A stretch of 37,722 nucleotides of DNA. Source: Campylobacterota bacterium. Lineage in GTDB: Bacteria > Campylobacterota > Campylobacteria > Campylobacterales > Sulfurovaceae. Within the stretch, counting starts at the first letter, position 1; the number at the start of each line of letters is the position of its first letter. The position numbers and the translations under genes are program-made. The notes below the pieces were generated by a model. The model made no database searches. It was not told the DNA's origin and worked only from the letters and a program-made list of their open reading frames with translations. This document shows positions 18,779 to 27,082 of the stretch, in pieces. The stretch is taken from assembly GCA_034722955.1 (NCBI GenBank), contig JAYEOM010000089.1, positions 1-37,722 of the forward strand, written 5' to 3'.

Positions 18779-19084
18779 TTAACCATTTAGTGCATTTTTG
18801 ACATTGTCATCTGCCATAGAGATATTCCAAGCTGGTTCCCAAACCACTTCCACCTCTATAACACCTACACCATCAAGTTTCTCTACAGCCTCTTTAACCC
18901 ATTGGACGATCATTTGATGCAGCGGACAACCGCGTGTTGAAAGGGTCATGATTACCTTGATATTGCAAGACTCTTCTATGATCGCATTATAGATCAATCC
19001 CATTTCGACAAGGTTAAATCCTACCTCAGGATCGATAACGGTGCTGATCGCAGCAAAAACATCCTCTTTTGTTATAGTACACAT
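18779..19084 (-). CDS. DUF59 / SufT-PaaD-like metal-sulfur cluster assembly factor
   Basis: VIDPEVGFNLVEMGLIY, MTLSTRGCPL, VWEPAW...M motifs. Confidence 0.9.
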   Translation of the reverse strand: MCTITKEDVFAAISTVIDPEVGFNLVEMGLIYNAIIEESCNIKVIMTLSTRGCPLHQMIVQWVKEAVEKLDGVGVIEVEVVWEPAWNISMADDNVKNALNG

Positions 19085-19109
19085 AGTATATTCTCCATTT
19101 TTCTGTCTC

Positions 19110-19166
19110 TAAGGAACCTCCCAAAAACAATTCTACCCATCTGACTTGTTCTTGTAAAGTTCCTAA
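19110..19166. repeat. Imperfect inverted repeat (GGAAC...GTTCC) flanked by TAA direct repeats; MITE relic or mRNA hairpin
   Basis: taa-GGAACCTCCCAAAAACAA...TTGTTCTTGTAAAGTTCC-taa; on the minus (sense) strand it folds into an approximately 19-bp stem using G-U pairs. Confidence 0.55.
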
Positions 19167-20407
19167 TTTTCAATTTTTCCATAATTGAGCATCCATTTTA
19201 CACTCATTAGCATAAAACCTGCTCCTGCTATAATCAAGGTGACTCCGCCTTTGAAGAGATCTCCGCTGCCTGTCAAAATACCGATACCTGCTATAGCAAC
19301 ACCCACAGCAGAGAAGATAAACTCAAAACGAGCCATTCTATGGGGCAACATCTCATTGAGCATAGGAACTCTCTCTTTGCCCACTAGTGGACTGTATCGT
19401 TCAAACCATACAAGAAATGGTATGATCTTGTAGAGATGGCCATTGATCAGAAATGAGAAGAACCCCATGATCAAAAACCATGAGGCAGAGAGTAGTATAT
19501 TCTCCCCTCCCAAAAGTGTATAGATAACTCCGAGGATCAATGAAAATGTCAAAGAGCTATAACCAAAAAACATAGATTTTGCCCAGACATCATTCTCTTT
19601 TCTGGCTCTTGTTTTGTAGATGATGACCACTTGATAGAGATAGAAACTCACCGAAGCAAACATCACAAACATAGCTGCAAATCGACCAAAATCCCAGTCG
19701 ATTAAGGTAGCAATAAAGTGAAATATAACACCATATACCATCAGCTGAAATGCGCGGTTGATAGGTCTCTCATCAAAACCGTGAGATAGTCCAAACATAG
19801 GCAATAGTATGAGAGAGAGTCCCATTATGGTCAGTGTGACATATCCGCCTAAAACCATAACTGCATGAGAGGCAAGCCATCTGCCTATATCTACCTCTAA
19901 TCCACCACCTATGGCTAAAGAGATAATAAAACCTGTAATTATACCTGCCAACAAGAAGAGGTTGGATGCTATGACTGTTTTGACTGTGAGTGTGATATTT
20001 GTCACTTTTCTTAGAGTCATTAGTGTATCAAATAGAAAGATAATCATCGCAATCAACACTATCAACCCACCATAAGGGAGGATCGATGGTACAAACCAAA
20101 ACCCCATACTCATGACAATAGTGCCAGTCAGCAGTAGCGGCCAAATGACATAATAGAGGTCAACTGAGAAGTGTCCCACCTCGACCACGACAGGTACCAG
20201 CTGTGCCATCGCTCCAAAAATGATCATCATCATAAAGCCCAGAAGAAACCAGTGAACCCATCCGGCAATTGCCAAATCGAAATGACCTACCTCTGGATCT
20301 AGGAAAAGTAGAAAAACTGTTCCCAATAGATAAAAGATAGATCCTATCCAGAAGAAAGGTGAAACCATTTTAAATGGCGGAGCATAATCCTTAGATACAC
20401 TAAACAT
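19163..20407 (-). CDS. Polytopic (about 12 TM) membrane protein, NnrS / heme-copper oxidase subunit I-like fold, function unknown
   Basis: Very hydrophobic 414 aa; three internal repeats (HWFLLGF..IFGAMAQLVP; HAVMVLGG..IMGLSLILLP; WFLIMGF..INGHLYKIIP) with intramembrane His. Confidence 0.7.
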   Translation of the reverse strand: MFSVSKDYAPPFKMVSPFFWIGSIFYLLGTVFLLFLDPEVGHFDLAIAGWVHWFLLGFMMMIIFGAMAQLVPVVVEVGHFSVDLYYVIWPLLLTGTIVMSMGFWFVPSILPYGGLIVLIAMIIFLFDTLMTLRKVTNITLTVKTVIASNLFLLAGIITGFIISLAIGGGLEVDIGRWLASHAVMVLGGYVTLTIMGLSLILLPMFGLSHGFDERPINRAFQLMVYGVIFHFIATLIDWDFGRFAAMFVMFASVSFYLYQVVIIYKTRARKENDVWAKSMFFGYSSLTFSLILGVIYTLLGGENILLSASWFLIMGFFSFLINGHLYKIIPFLVWFERYSPLVGKERVPMLNEMLPHRMARFEFIFSAVGVAIAGIGILTGSGDLFKGGVTLIIAGAGFMLMSVKWMLNYGKIEN

Positions 20408-20415
20408 CTACAGGG

Positions 20416-20766
20416 TTATCCGTCACATCTGTTGTCATTGAGGTTTGCTTGCTCGCTCTCTCCTGATTTGTAACTAAAGAGAAGTTGCACTCCACCATCA
20501 GGAGTATCGACACTCTCTATATCATAGTTATCACCTATTTTATTGATCAACCCTCCGGGGCTTTTGTGGTTGATCATCAAAAGGCTGGTATCTTCATCTA
20601 CCATCTTCAATCCTATCATAGCATTGACCATAGGTTCGGGAGGACCGCACTTGGAGGTATCAAACTCAATGATTTGACTTCCATCAATAGTATATTTAAA
20701 AAATGGTACAGTTGAACCTTCAGGGGTAAACTCTTCTGCTGTATTTGGTTTTGCAATAATATTCAT
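20416..20766 (-). CDS. DUF2249 / TusA-fold small protein
   Basis: FDTSKCGPPEPM...LLMINHKSP matches the DUF2249/TusA pattern D.R.L.PPEP...L.LIN...P; C-terminal RCDG. Confidence 0.7.
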   Translation of the reverse strand: MNIIAKPNTAEEFTPEGSTVPFFKYTIDGSQIIEFDTSKCGPPEPMVNAMIGLKMVDEDTSLLMINHKSPGGLINKIGDNYDIESVDTPDGGVQLLFSYKSGESEQANLNDNRCDG

Positions 20767-20793
20767 TATTAACTCCTATAATTAAGTAGCCGT

Positions 20794-20835
20794 ATTGTAG
20801 TCCTCTTTTACTTAAAAAAGATTGATATATGTCAA
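20794..20835 (-). promoter_or_regulatory. FNR/Nss-type box with class II promoter for the DUF2249-membrane protein-DUF59 operon
   Basis: TTGAT-ATAT-GTCAA at 20822-20835; minus-strand -10 TACAAT at 20799-20794; centre at -41.5. Confidence 0.8.
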
Positions 20836-20856
20836 TTTATAAAGCTTGTCATGATC

Positions 20857-21423
20857 TTATCTAAAATTTTTAGAGATATACTCCTTGACCATCTCTTCAA
20901 ACTTCAGCATACGCTCTTTTCCTTTTGGGAGTTCACTGCGAAGTGCTTTCATCTTTTGGAGAAACTCATCCACATTGCTGGGAATCACCTCTTCAAAATA
21001 GTACCTTATCTGCTTGGCAAATGCAGGTGAAGCTCCTGATGTTGAAAATGAGATTGTCAAATCACCTCGTTTGATATAGGATGGAAAGATAAAGTCGCAA
21101 TACGCTGTATCATCGACACTATTGACCAATACCCTTGTTCCTCTGGACTCTTCATATATAGCTTTGTGAAGATCGACAGTATCTGTAGCTACGATCACTA
21201 TATCAAATCCACTGATATCACCCTCTCTATAGAGCCTCTGTTCTAGTATCAGGCAGTTGTCATCTATCAACTCTTGAGCCTCTGGAGTTACCTCCTGGCT
21301 GACAACGGTAATCTTATCGGTAAAATCAACCAATTTTTCTAGCTTTTCTGTTGCGATTTTCCCTCCACCAATAAGTAGTATATTCAAGTCACTCATATCC
21401 ATATAGATAGGAAAAAACGACAT
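20857..21423 (-). CDS. Precorrin-2 dehydrogenase / sirohydrochlorin ferrochelatase family (SirC / Met8 / CysG N-terminal)
   Basis: FFPIY, IGGGKIA..K Rossmann motif, VATD, VNSVDD...CDFIFP, STSGASPAFA. Confidence 0.9.
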   Translation of the reverse strand: MSFFPIYMDMSDLNILLIGGGKIATEKLEKLVDFTDKITVVSQEVTPEAQELIDDNCLILEQRLYREGDISGFDIVIVATDTVDLHKAIYEESRGTRVLVNSVDDTAYCDFIFPSYIKRGDLTISFSTSGASPAFAKQIRYYFEEVIPSNVDEFLQKMKALRSELPKGKERMLKFEEMVKEYISKNFR

Positions 21424-21461
21424 TCAACTCCTTTTAGACGATCATTTTTGTCACATTTAGT

Positions 21462-21530
21462 AATGTATCAAAAGTTTTATCTATTTGTGTTGATACATGT
21501 CAACAAGCTAACTTTTAAAAACATTATAAT
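21462..21530. promoter_or_regulatory. Single FNR/Nss-type box serving divergent promoters of sirC-like gene and nirDL
   Basis: TTGAT-ACAT-GTCAA at 21490-21503; plus-strand TATAAT at 21525-21530; minus-strand TGA-TACATT at 21470-21462. Confidence 0.75.
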
Positions 21531-21559
21531 GCATCATATTTTATTATAATGGATCAATA

Positions 21560-22555
21560 ATGCAAGATGAACTACTCTACCAAATGCAAAATGCCTTTCC
21601 AATGGCAGAAAAACCCTTTCATATATTAGCAAAAGAGCTTGATACTACTCCTCAAGAGATCATCGATATGGTACAAAAACTCAAAGATGAGAAGATCATC
21701 AGACAAACTTCTGCAATATTTGATACCAAGAGATTGGGATATAAATCTTCACTAGTAGCCTTCAAGGTAGCCGAAGATCAGATAGATAGAGCAGCCGAAA
21801 TTATCAATGCACACCCAGGCGTAAGCCATAATTATCTTCGCAATCATGACTATAATGTATGGTTTACTATGGCAGTTGCTCCAGATAGCAGATTTGGACT
21901 AGAGAAAACTATAGAGATTTTAGCCGGACAGACTGGTGCAGAGGATTTTATCATCCTTCCGACGCTAAAGATGTTTAAGATATCAGTAAAGATGGATACG
22001 ACAGGAAAAAGAGCCAAAAAAGAGAAGCTTAAAAAACTAGCCTTCAAAGAGATCGATCTAACTCCTCTGCATATCTCTGTCATCAAAGAGCTGCAGAGAG
22101 ATATAGAGGTAACAGAGGAGCCATTCAAGAGAGCAACTGAAAAATTAGGTCTTAGTTATGATGAGTTCTTTGATATAGCCAACGAGCTCAAAGAGAGTGG
22201 TGTGATGCGTCGTTTTGCCACTATCCTCAACCATAGAAAAGCTGGCTTTGGTGCCAACGCTATGAGTGTTTGGGTGGCTCCGGAAGAGAGTGCTGAAGAG
22301 ATGGGTAGAGAGTTGGCAAACTTCTCAGCTGTTAGTCACTGCTATCTCAGACCAAGTTATCCAAATTGGCGATACAACCTTTTCGCAATGGTTCATGCCA
22401 AAACCCAAGAGGAGTGCGATGCTCTCATAGAGGAGATGGCAAAAGAGAATGGATTGACTGAATATGGCAAACTATACTCCACTGTTGAGTTCAAAAAGCA
22501 GAGAATTGTCTATTTTGATGAATCATTTGATGCCTGGGAAGAGAGTATCTCGTAG
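21560..22555 (+). CDS. nirDL: Fused siroheme decarboxylase (NirDL / AhbAB type; Lrp/AsnC-like folds)
   Basis: Two tandem Lrp-like units with HPGVSHNYLR..YNVWFT and VSHCYLRP...WRYNLFAMVHA, ending LYSTVEFKK. Confidence 0.88.
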   Translation: MQDELLYQMQNAFPMAEKPFHILAKELDTTPQEIIDMVQKLKDEKIIRQTSAIFDTKRLGYKSSLVAFKVAEDQIDRAAEIINAHPGVSHNYLRNHDYNVWFTMAVAPDSRFGLEKTIEILAGQTGAEDFIILPTLKMFKISVKMDTTGKRAKKEKLKKLAFKEIDLTPLHISVIKELQRDIEVTEEPFKRATEKLGLSYDEFFDIANELKESGVMRRFATILNHRKAGFGANAMSVWVAPEESAEEMGRELANFSAVSHCYLRPSYPNWRYNLFAMVHAKTQEECDALIEEMAKENGLTEYGKLYSTVEFKKQRIVYFDESFDAWEESIS

Positions 22556-22647
22556 CAATAACAATGAATTTGATACGATTTATATTAATGATGTGGTCAT
22601 CGCTTCTACCATCATAATGTACAATATGGATTTATATTCCTAACTCT

Positions 22648-23373
22648 TTACCCATAAATGATACGAGCCAAATAGAGTCCTGAGGGAGGGGCGAGGGAGG
22701 TGGTGTGGTGGTGGGTAGTGTCGATCTGCTCTTTTAGCATCTTTAGTGTTATATCACCATTTGCACACTTCATCGCAGCATCTATCATCATCCTGACTTG
22801 TGCTCTTAGGAATCCATTGGCTTCAAAATAGAGTATATGGTAATCTCCAAACTGTTTGTAGTTGGTTTTGTATATCTCTCTGATGGTTGTATGTGCATGA
22901 GAACCTGTTTTATAAAAGTATCGAAAATCATGCTCTCCCTCAAAAGCTTGGAGTGCCTGTTGCACTCTTCTCGTATCAAAAGCAGGGTAGTGTGCTATAT
23001 GGTTCTCTTCGAAGATAGAGGGTCTCTGTCGCTTGAAAATATAGCGATAGATACGCCTTTTGGCTGAGAATCTAGCGTGAAATGTATCACTGGTCTGTGT
23101 GATGTGTTTGATGCGAATATGTTTAAGTTTGCGGTTGAGTTCTCTCTGTAGTCTCTCTAGGTCTACCCAAAAATCAGGCAGATCGAAATGTATCACCTGT
23201 CCGGTTGCGTGAACACCGGTATCTGTCCTGCCGCTGCCTACAGTATCACTATGGATATGGAGTGATTTGAGGGCTGATTCGATGGCTGTGGTGATAGTGT
23301 TTTGAGTTTTGGTCTGTTTCTGAAAGCCTCGAAAGAAGCTGCCATCGTATGCGATTACCGCTTTGACACGCAT
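22648..23373 (-). CDS. truA: tRNA pseudouridine(38-40) synthase
   Basis: AYDGS.F.GFQ, GSGRTDTGVHA, FHARFSA, GFLRAQVR, APPSGLYL. Confidence 0.95.
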   Translation of the reverse strand: MRVKAVIAYDGSFFRGFQKQTKTQNTITTAIESALKSLHIHSDTVGSGRTDTGVHATGQVIHFDLPDFWVDLERLQRELNRKLKHIRIKHITQTSDTFHARFSAKRRIYRYIFKRQRPSIFEENHIAHYPAFDTRRVQQALQAFEGEHDFRYFYKTGSHAHTTIREIYKTNYKQFGDYHILYFEANGFLRAQVRMMIDAAMKCANGDITLKMLKEQIDTTHHHTTSLAPPSGLYLARIIYG

Positions 23374-24392
23374 CAAAAGTATCGATCTACTCTACGATAG
23401 AAAAGCCAGAGACCTAAAAGCAGCGAAGAGATAGAGACAAGTACGAGCAACTCCTTGGTTCCGAACTTGTCTAGCGAAGAGGCCAAAAAGTAGAACAACC
23501 CTGTAGTTAGACCGATAACAGTAAATGAGTGACCCTTCTGGTATCGTGGGTTGATGATAGAGAAGGCTGCTATCATATAGAGTGAAAGCAGGGGAATAAG
23601 TCCTATGAAAGCATAAAAAAGCATTTTCCTTTTTCTCTGATCATCGGTCATGGATTGTCTCCAGTAGGAGCTTACATCATATATCTTTGTGTTGTGATTG
23701 TTGAGAGAGTCAAAGGTTTGCAATTTTTCATAGTTGATCTGCTGAATGATATCTTTATCAAAAGTGTACCCTTTGCCATCATAAAGTACCAGTGAGAAGA
23801 TACCATTTTCATTTAACATCTCTCCTCTATCGGCCGAGAGGATTTGGTCGGAGTGGTTGTCATCTTGATAGTATATGACAGTATTGTTAAATTTGCCCTC
23901 CTCCTCTTCCATGATATAGATGTAGTATCGACCAAATTTTTGACCGAACTCTTCCGGGATAATATTGAATGTCATCTCTGATTTTTTGCTATCTTTGAAT
24001 GCATTGTAGAGTTGATTTGTCTGGGGCATTGTCGCAAATGAGATGATCATCAGTAGTGTCGAAAATAGAAATGCAACAGCTATGAGCGGATACATCACTC
24101 TTCGTGCAGGCAGACCCAGAGAGAAGAGAGCGATCAGTTCATTGTCGATGGAGAGTCTCTGTAGTGTGGTAGCAACACTAGCGATAAAAGAGATAGGCAG
24201 TGTATGGAAGATAATAGTGGGTATTGAGTAGCCAAAGAGTTGCAACAGTTCAGGAAATGTGATCTGTATCTTGGATGTAAGTATAGAAATTTTAACCAGA
24301 TAGACGAGCGATACGATGAAAAAAAATGGGATAAAAACCGTCAAAAATGTCTTGGTAAAATTGGCGGATAGATAGCTTCTGACACTAACCAT
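23373..24392 (-). CDS. LptF/LptG family LPS export permease
   Basis: 3 TM + periplasmic domain + 3 TM; TLPISF and LSIDNELIALFSLG motifs. Confidence 0.85.
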   Translation of the reverse strand: MVSVRSYLSANFTKTFLTVFIPFFFIVSLVYLVKISILTSKIQITFPELLQLFGYSIPTIIFHTLPISFIASVATTLQRLSIDNELIALFSLGLPARRVMYPLIAVAFLFSTLLMIISFATMPQTNQLYNAFKDSKKSEMTFNIIPEEFGQKFGRYYIYIMEEEEGKFNNTVIYYQDDNHSDQILSADRGEMLNENGIFSLVLYDGKGYTFDKDIIQQINYEKLQTFDSLNNHNTKIYDVSSYWRQSMTDDQRKRKMLFYAFIGLIPLLSLYMIAAFSIINPRYQKGHSFTVIGLTTGLFYFLASSLDKFGTKELLVLVSISSLLLGLWLFYRRVDRYF

Positions 24393-25122
24393 ACATGATC
24401 CAGTTGAGTATCATTCCCGTCTCTGCATCAAATAGATAGACGATGAAGGTCGCTAGTGCTAAAAATGGGACGAAAGGCACCATAGTATCTTTCGCCAAAA
24501 GCGAAGGGATCATCGCCAATAGTGCTGAGAGAAAGAGTGCAACGAAGAAGTTCGGAAATCCTAAAAGAGCTGCCATAGTACCTGCGACGATCACATCGGC
24601 ACTGCCCATAGCCTCCTTTTTTGCGACAAAACTGACACTCAATCCAAGCAAGAAGAGAGCTAGAGCCGCTATAGCAGCATCTATCGCAGCTGTCATAAAG
24701 TCAGGCTGTATCAGTGCCATAGCAAGTGCAAAGAAGTTGACTGAATCAGGTACTGCATAGTATTTGAAATCTATCATCACCAGAGCAAAGAGTGCGGTAA
24801 ATGAGGCGAGTATAAAAGGTAGATACCAGACTAATCCCAACTTCAAAAATAGTACTACAAAGATCAAACCTGTGATGAACTCAACTGAGGGGTACTGTTT
24901 GGATATGGACTCTTTGCAGAAAGCACATTTGCCACCTAGAGATAGCCAAGAGAGTATCGGGATATTGTGATACCACTTGAGTGGTGTTTGACAGCTTTGA
25001 CAGTGGGAAGCCGGAAAGACTATACTCTCCTCTTTGGGGATGCGATAGATCACTACATTGAGAAAAGAGCCTATCAATGTTCCCAAAATAAAAACTCCTA
25101 AAGTTATAAAAACCATATCCAT
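24385..25122 (-). CDS. Prepilin peptidase (A24 family)
   Basis: GSFLNVVIYRIP, SHCQSC, GKCAFC, MIDF...VPD, MGSAD, PFVPFLA. Confidence 0.92.
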   Translation of the reverse strand: MDMVFITLGVFILGTLIGSFLNVVIYRIPKEESIVFPASHCQSCQTPLKWYHNIPILSWLSLGGKCAFCKESISKQYPSVEFITGLIFVVLFLKLGLVWYLPFILASFTALFALVMIDFKYYAVPDSVNFFALAMALIQPDFMTAAIDAAIAALALFLLGLSVSFVAKKEAMGSADVIVAGTMAALLGFPNFFVALFLSALLAMIPSLLAKDTMVPFVPFLALATFIVYLFDAETGMILNWIMYG

Positions 25123-25806
25123 TTATACTCCTCCATATCGTCTGTTTCGGTTTTCAAAATTATCTATTATCATCTCTAGCTCAGTAGTGTTAAAATCGGG
25201 CCATAGAGTCTCTGTAAAGGCTAGTTCGCTATAGCTCAACTGCCATAGAAGGTAGTTTGAGAGTCTCTGTTCACCGCTTGTGCGAATGAGCAGATCGATA
25301 TCCTGATAGGGTGTATCGAGTGCTTCACCTATCGTCGTCTCAGAGACGGTATCGCCAGACTCCAATACTCTGTTGACAGCTCTTACGATCTCATCTCGTC
25401 CACCGTAGTTGAGTGCCAATATCTGTGTCAGTTTTGTGTTGGTATATGTCTCCTCCTGGGTTATCTCTATGGTCTCTTGCAGTTTAGCGGAAAACTTTGA
25501 GAGATCCCCGATAGCTATAAAGCGGATACTTTCTCTCTGGTATGTCTCGATCTCTTTTTGGAGGTAGCGTTGGAGTAGTTTGGTCAAAAATTCTACTTCG
25601 AGTTTAGGACGCTTCCAGTTTTCTGTACTGAAGGCGTAGTGTGTGACTGACTCTATCGTGGGGTGGTTTGCACAATATGTGGTGATATCACGGACAATCT
25701 CTGCTCCTGCTTCATGCCCTTTTGTACGCTTGAAACCCCGCTGTTTGGCCCATCGTCCATTGCCATCCATGATGATCGCCAAGTTTTTAAGACTATTTTT
25801 ACTCAT
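25123..25806 (-). CDS. uppS: Undecaprenyl diphosphate synthase
   Basis: IIMDGNGRWA, YAFSTENWKRP, IRTSGEQRLSNYLLWQ, RRYGG. Confidence 0.96.
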   Translation of the reverse strand: MSKNSLKNLAIIMDGNGRWAKQRGFKRTKGHEAGAEIVRDITTYCANHPTIESVTHYAFSTENWKRPKLEVEFLTKLLQRYLQKEIETYQRESIRFIAIGDLSKFSAKLQETIEITQEETYTNTKLTQILALNYGGRDEIVRAVNRVLESGDTVSETTIGEALDTPYQDIDLLIRTSGEQRLSNYLLWQLSYSELAFTETLWPDFNTTELEMIIDNFENRNRRYGGV

Positions 25807-27068
25807 GACGAGAGCTCTTTTGCTCTCTCTATGATCCTCAAAGCCAGAGATAGTTTGTCACTCCTGCCCAAGGGTATCTCGTGATCTTTTGTGATAAATG
25901 TGATCTCATTATCTTCTCTGCCGAAGCTACTGCTATCTTTTAGATAGTTGTAGCAGACCCCATCAGCACCCTTCTGCTCCAGAAGTGCTTTGGCATTGTC
26001 GAGACCATTTTCACTGTCCATCTCTGCTTTGAATGCAACGATCTGTATCCCCTCACTGTTGAGAGAGCTGAGTATATCATCTGTCTGTTTCAACTCCAGT
26101 GACCATGGGTCTCCTAGTAGGGATTTTTTCAATTTACCCTTTTGTGGAAAGCTGGGTCTGTAGTCAGAGACAGCTGCTGCCATAAAGAGGTATGGCTCCT
26201 TTTGTATGAGGTGTACAGGATCGCTGCTACTCATCGTCGGTCTACTCATCTTCCCTTTTTTGGCTACACGGATAGCATCTACCGTGTAGTCGAGCATCTC
26301 TCTGCTATCCTCAACCTCTATGACATAGATATCAGATGGCAAGCCTTCGCTTCCTGTGGTCGTGATATAGCATATATCGGCACCTCTACCATATAGGGCA
26401 AGCACTAGAGCTTTTGCCATTTTGCCACTGGAAAAGTTGGAGAGGTAGCGTACCTCATCGATCTTTTCGCGTGTACCACCACCTGTGATAACTACACGGC
26501 GATCTTTCCAAAATGGATCTTCTAAAAGTACCTGCAGGGTCTGCATGTATATCTCTTGAGGGTCTGCCAATGCACCGCTGCCTATGTCGCCACAGGCTAG
26601 TACCTTCTCTTGAGGTTCGACTATGGTGTAGTCATTGACAGCTAGCATCTTTAGACTGCCGACTGTATAGTGGTTTTTTAGCATTTGAGTATTGGCAGCC
26701 GGTGCGATCACTATCTTGCCTGCAAATGCCAATGCACTCTCTAGCAGGATATTGTCTGCGATCCCTTTGCTGAGTTTATTGATCGTATTGGCTGTAGCAG
26801 GAGCGATGAGAAAAACATCACACCTCTTACCTATCTCTATATGGTTGAGGTTTGAGCTCCAACTCTCGCTATCCTGCGTGAGTACAGGGTTTCGTGTGAG
26901 TGCTTCAAATGTCAATGCAGAGACAAACCGTGTCGCACTAGGGGTCATGACGACATAGACTTTGGCACCTGCTTTGATAAAAAGCCTAACTATGTCACAT
27001 GCTTTGTAGGCTGAAATACTGCCAGTGACACCGAGTAGAATGGATCTCTCTTTTAGGTCAAATTGCAT
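25803..27068 (-). CDS. coaBC: Phosphopantothenoylcysteine decarboxylase / phosphopantothenate-cysteine ligase
   Basis: GVTGSISAYK, APATANT, LACGDIGSG, VRYLSNFSSGKM, AAAVSDY, FKAE. Confidence 0.95.
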   Translation of the reverse strand: MQFDLKERSILLGVTGSISAYKACDIVRLFIKAGAKVYVVMTPSATRFVSALTFEALTRNPVLTQDSESWSSNLNHIEIGKRCDVFLIAPATANTINKLSKGIADNILLESALAFAGKIVIAPAANTQMLKNHYTVGSLKMLAVNDYTIVEPQEKVLACGDIGSGALADPQEIYMQTLQVLLEDPFWKDRRVVITGGGTREKIDEVRYLSNFSSGKMAKALVLALYGRGADICYITTTGSEGLPSDIYVIEVEDSREMLDYTVDAIRVAKKGKMSRPTMSSSDPVHLIQKEPYLFMAAAVSDYRPSFPQKGKLKKSLLGDPWSLELKQTDDILSSLNSEGIQIVAFKAEMDSENGLDNAKALLEQKGADGVCYNYLKDSSSFGREDNEITFITKDHEIPLGRSDKLSLALRIIERAKELSS

Positions 27069-27082
27069 CTTTTTACTCCTCT

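Noticed and set aside
19163..20407. Nitric oxide reductase NorB or cbb3 oxidase subunit I call
   Set aside because: Lacks the HLWVEG/HH signature and the six conserved His; only fold-level resemblance.
21560..22555. Lrp/AsnC transcriptional regulator call
   Set aside because: The SHNYLR and SHCYLR motifs and the heme d1 context indicate siroheme decarboxylase.
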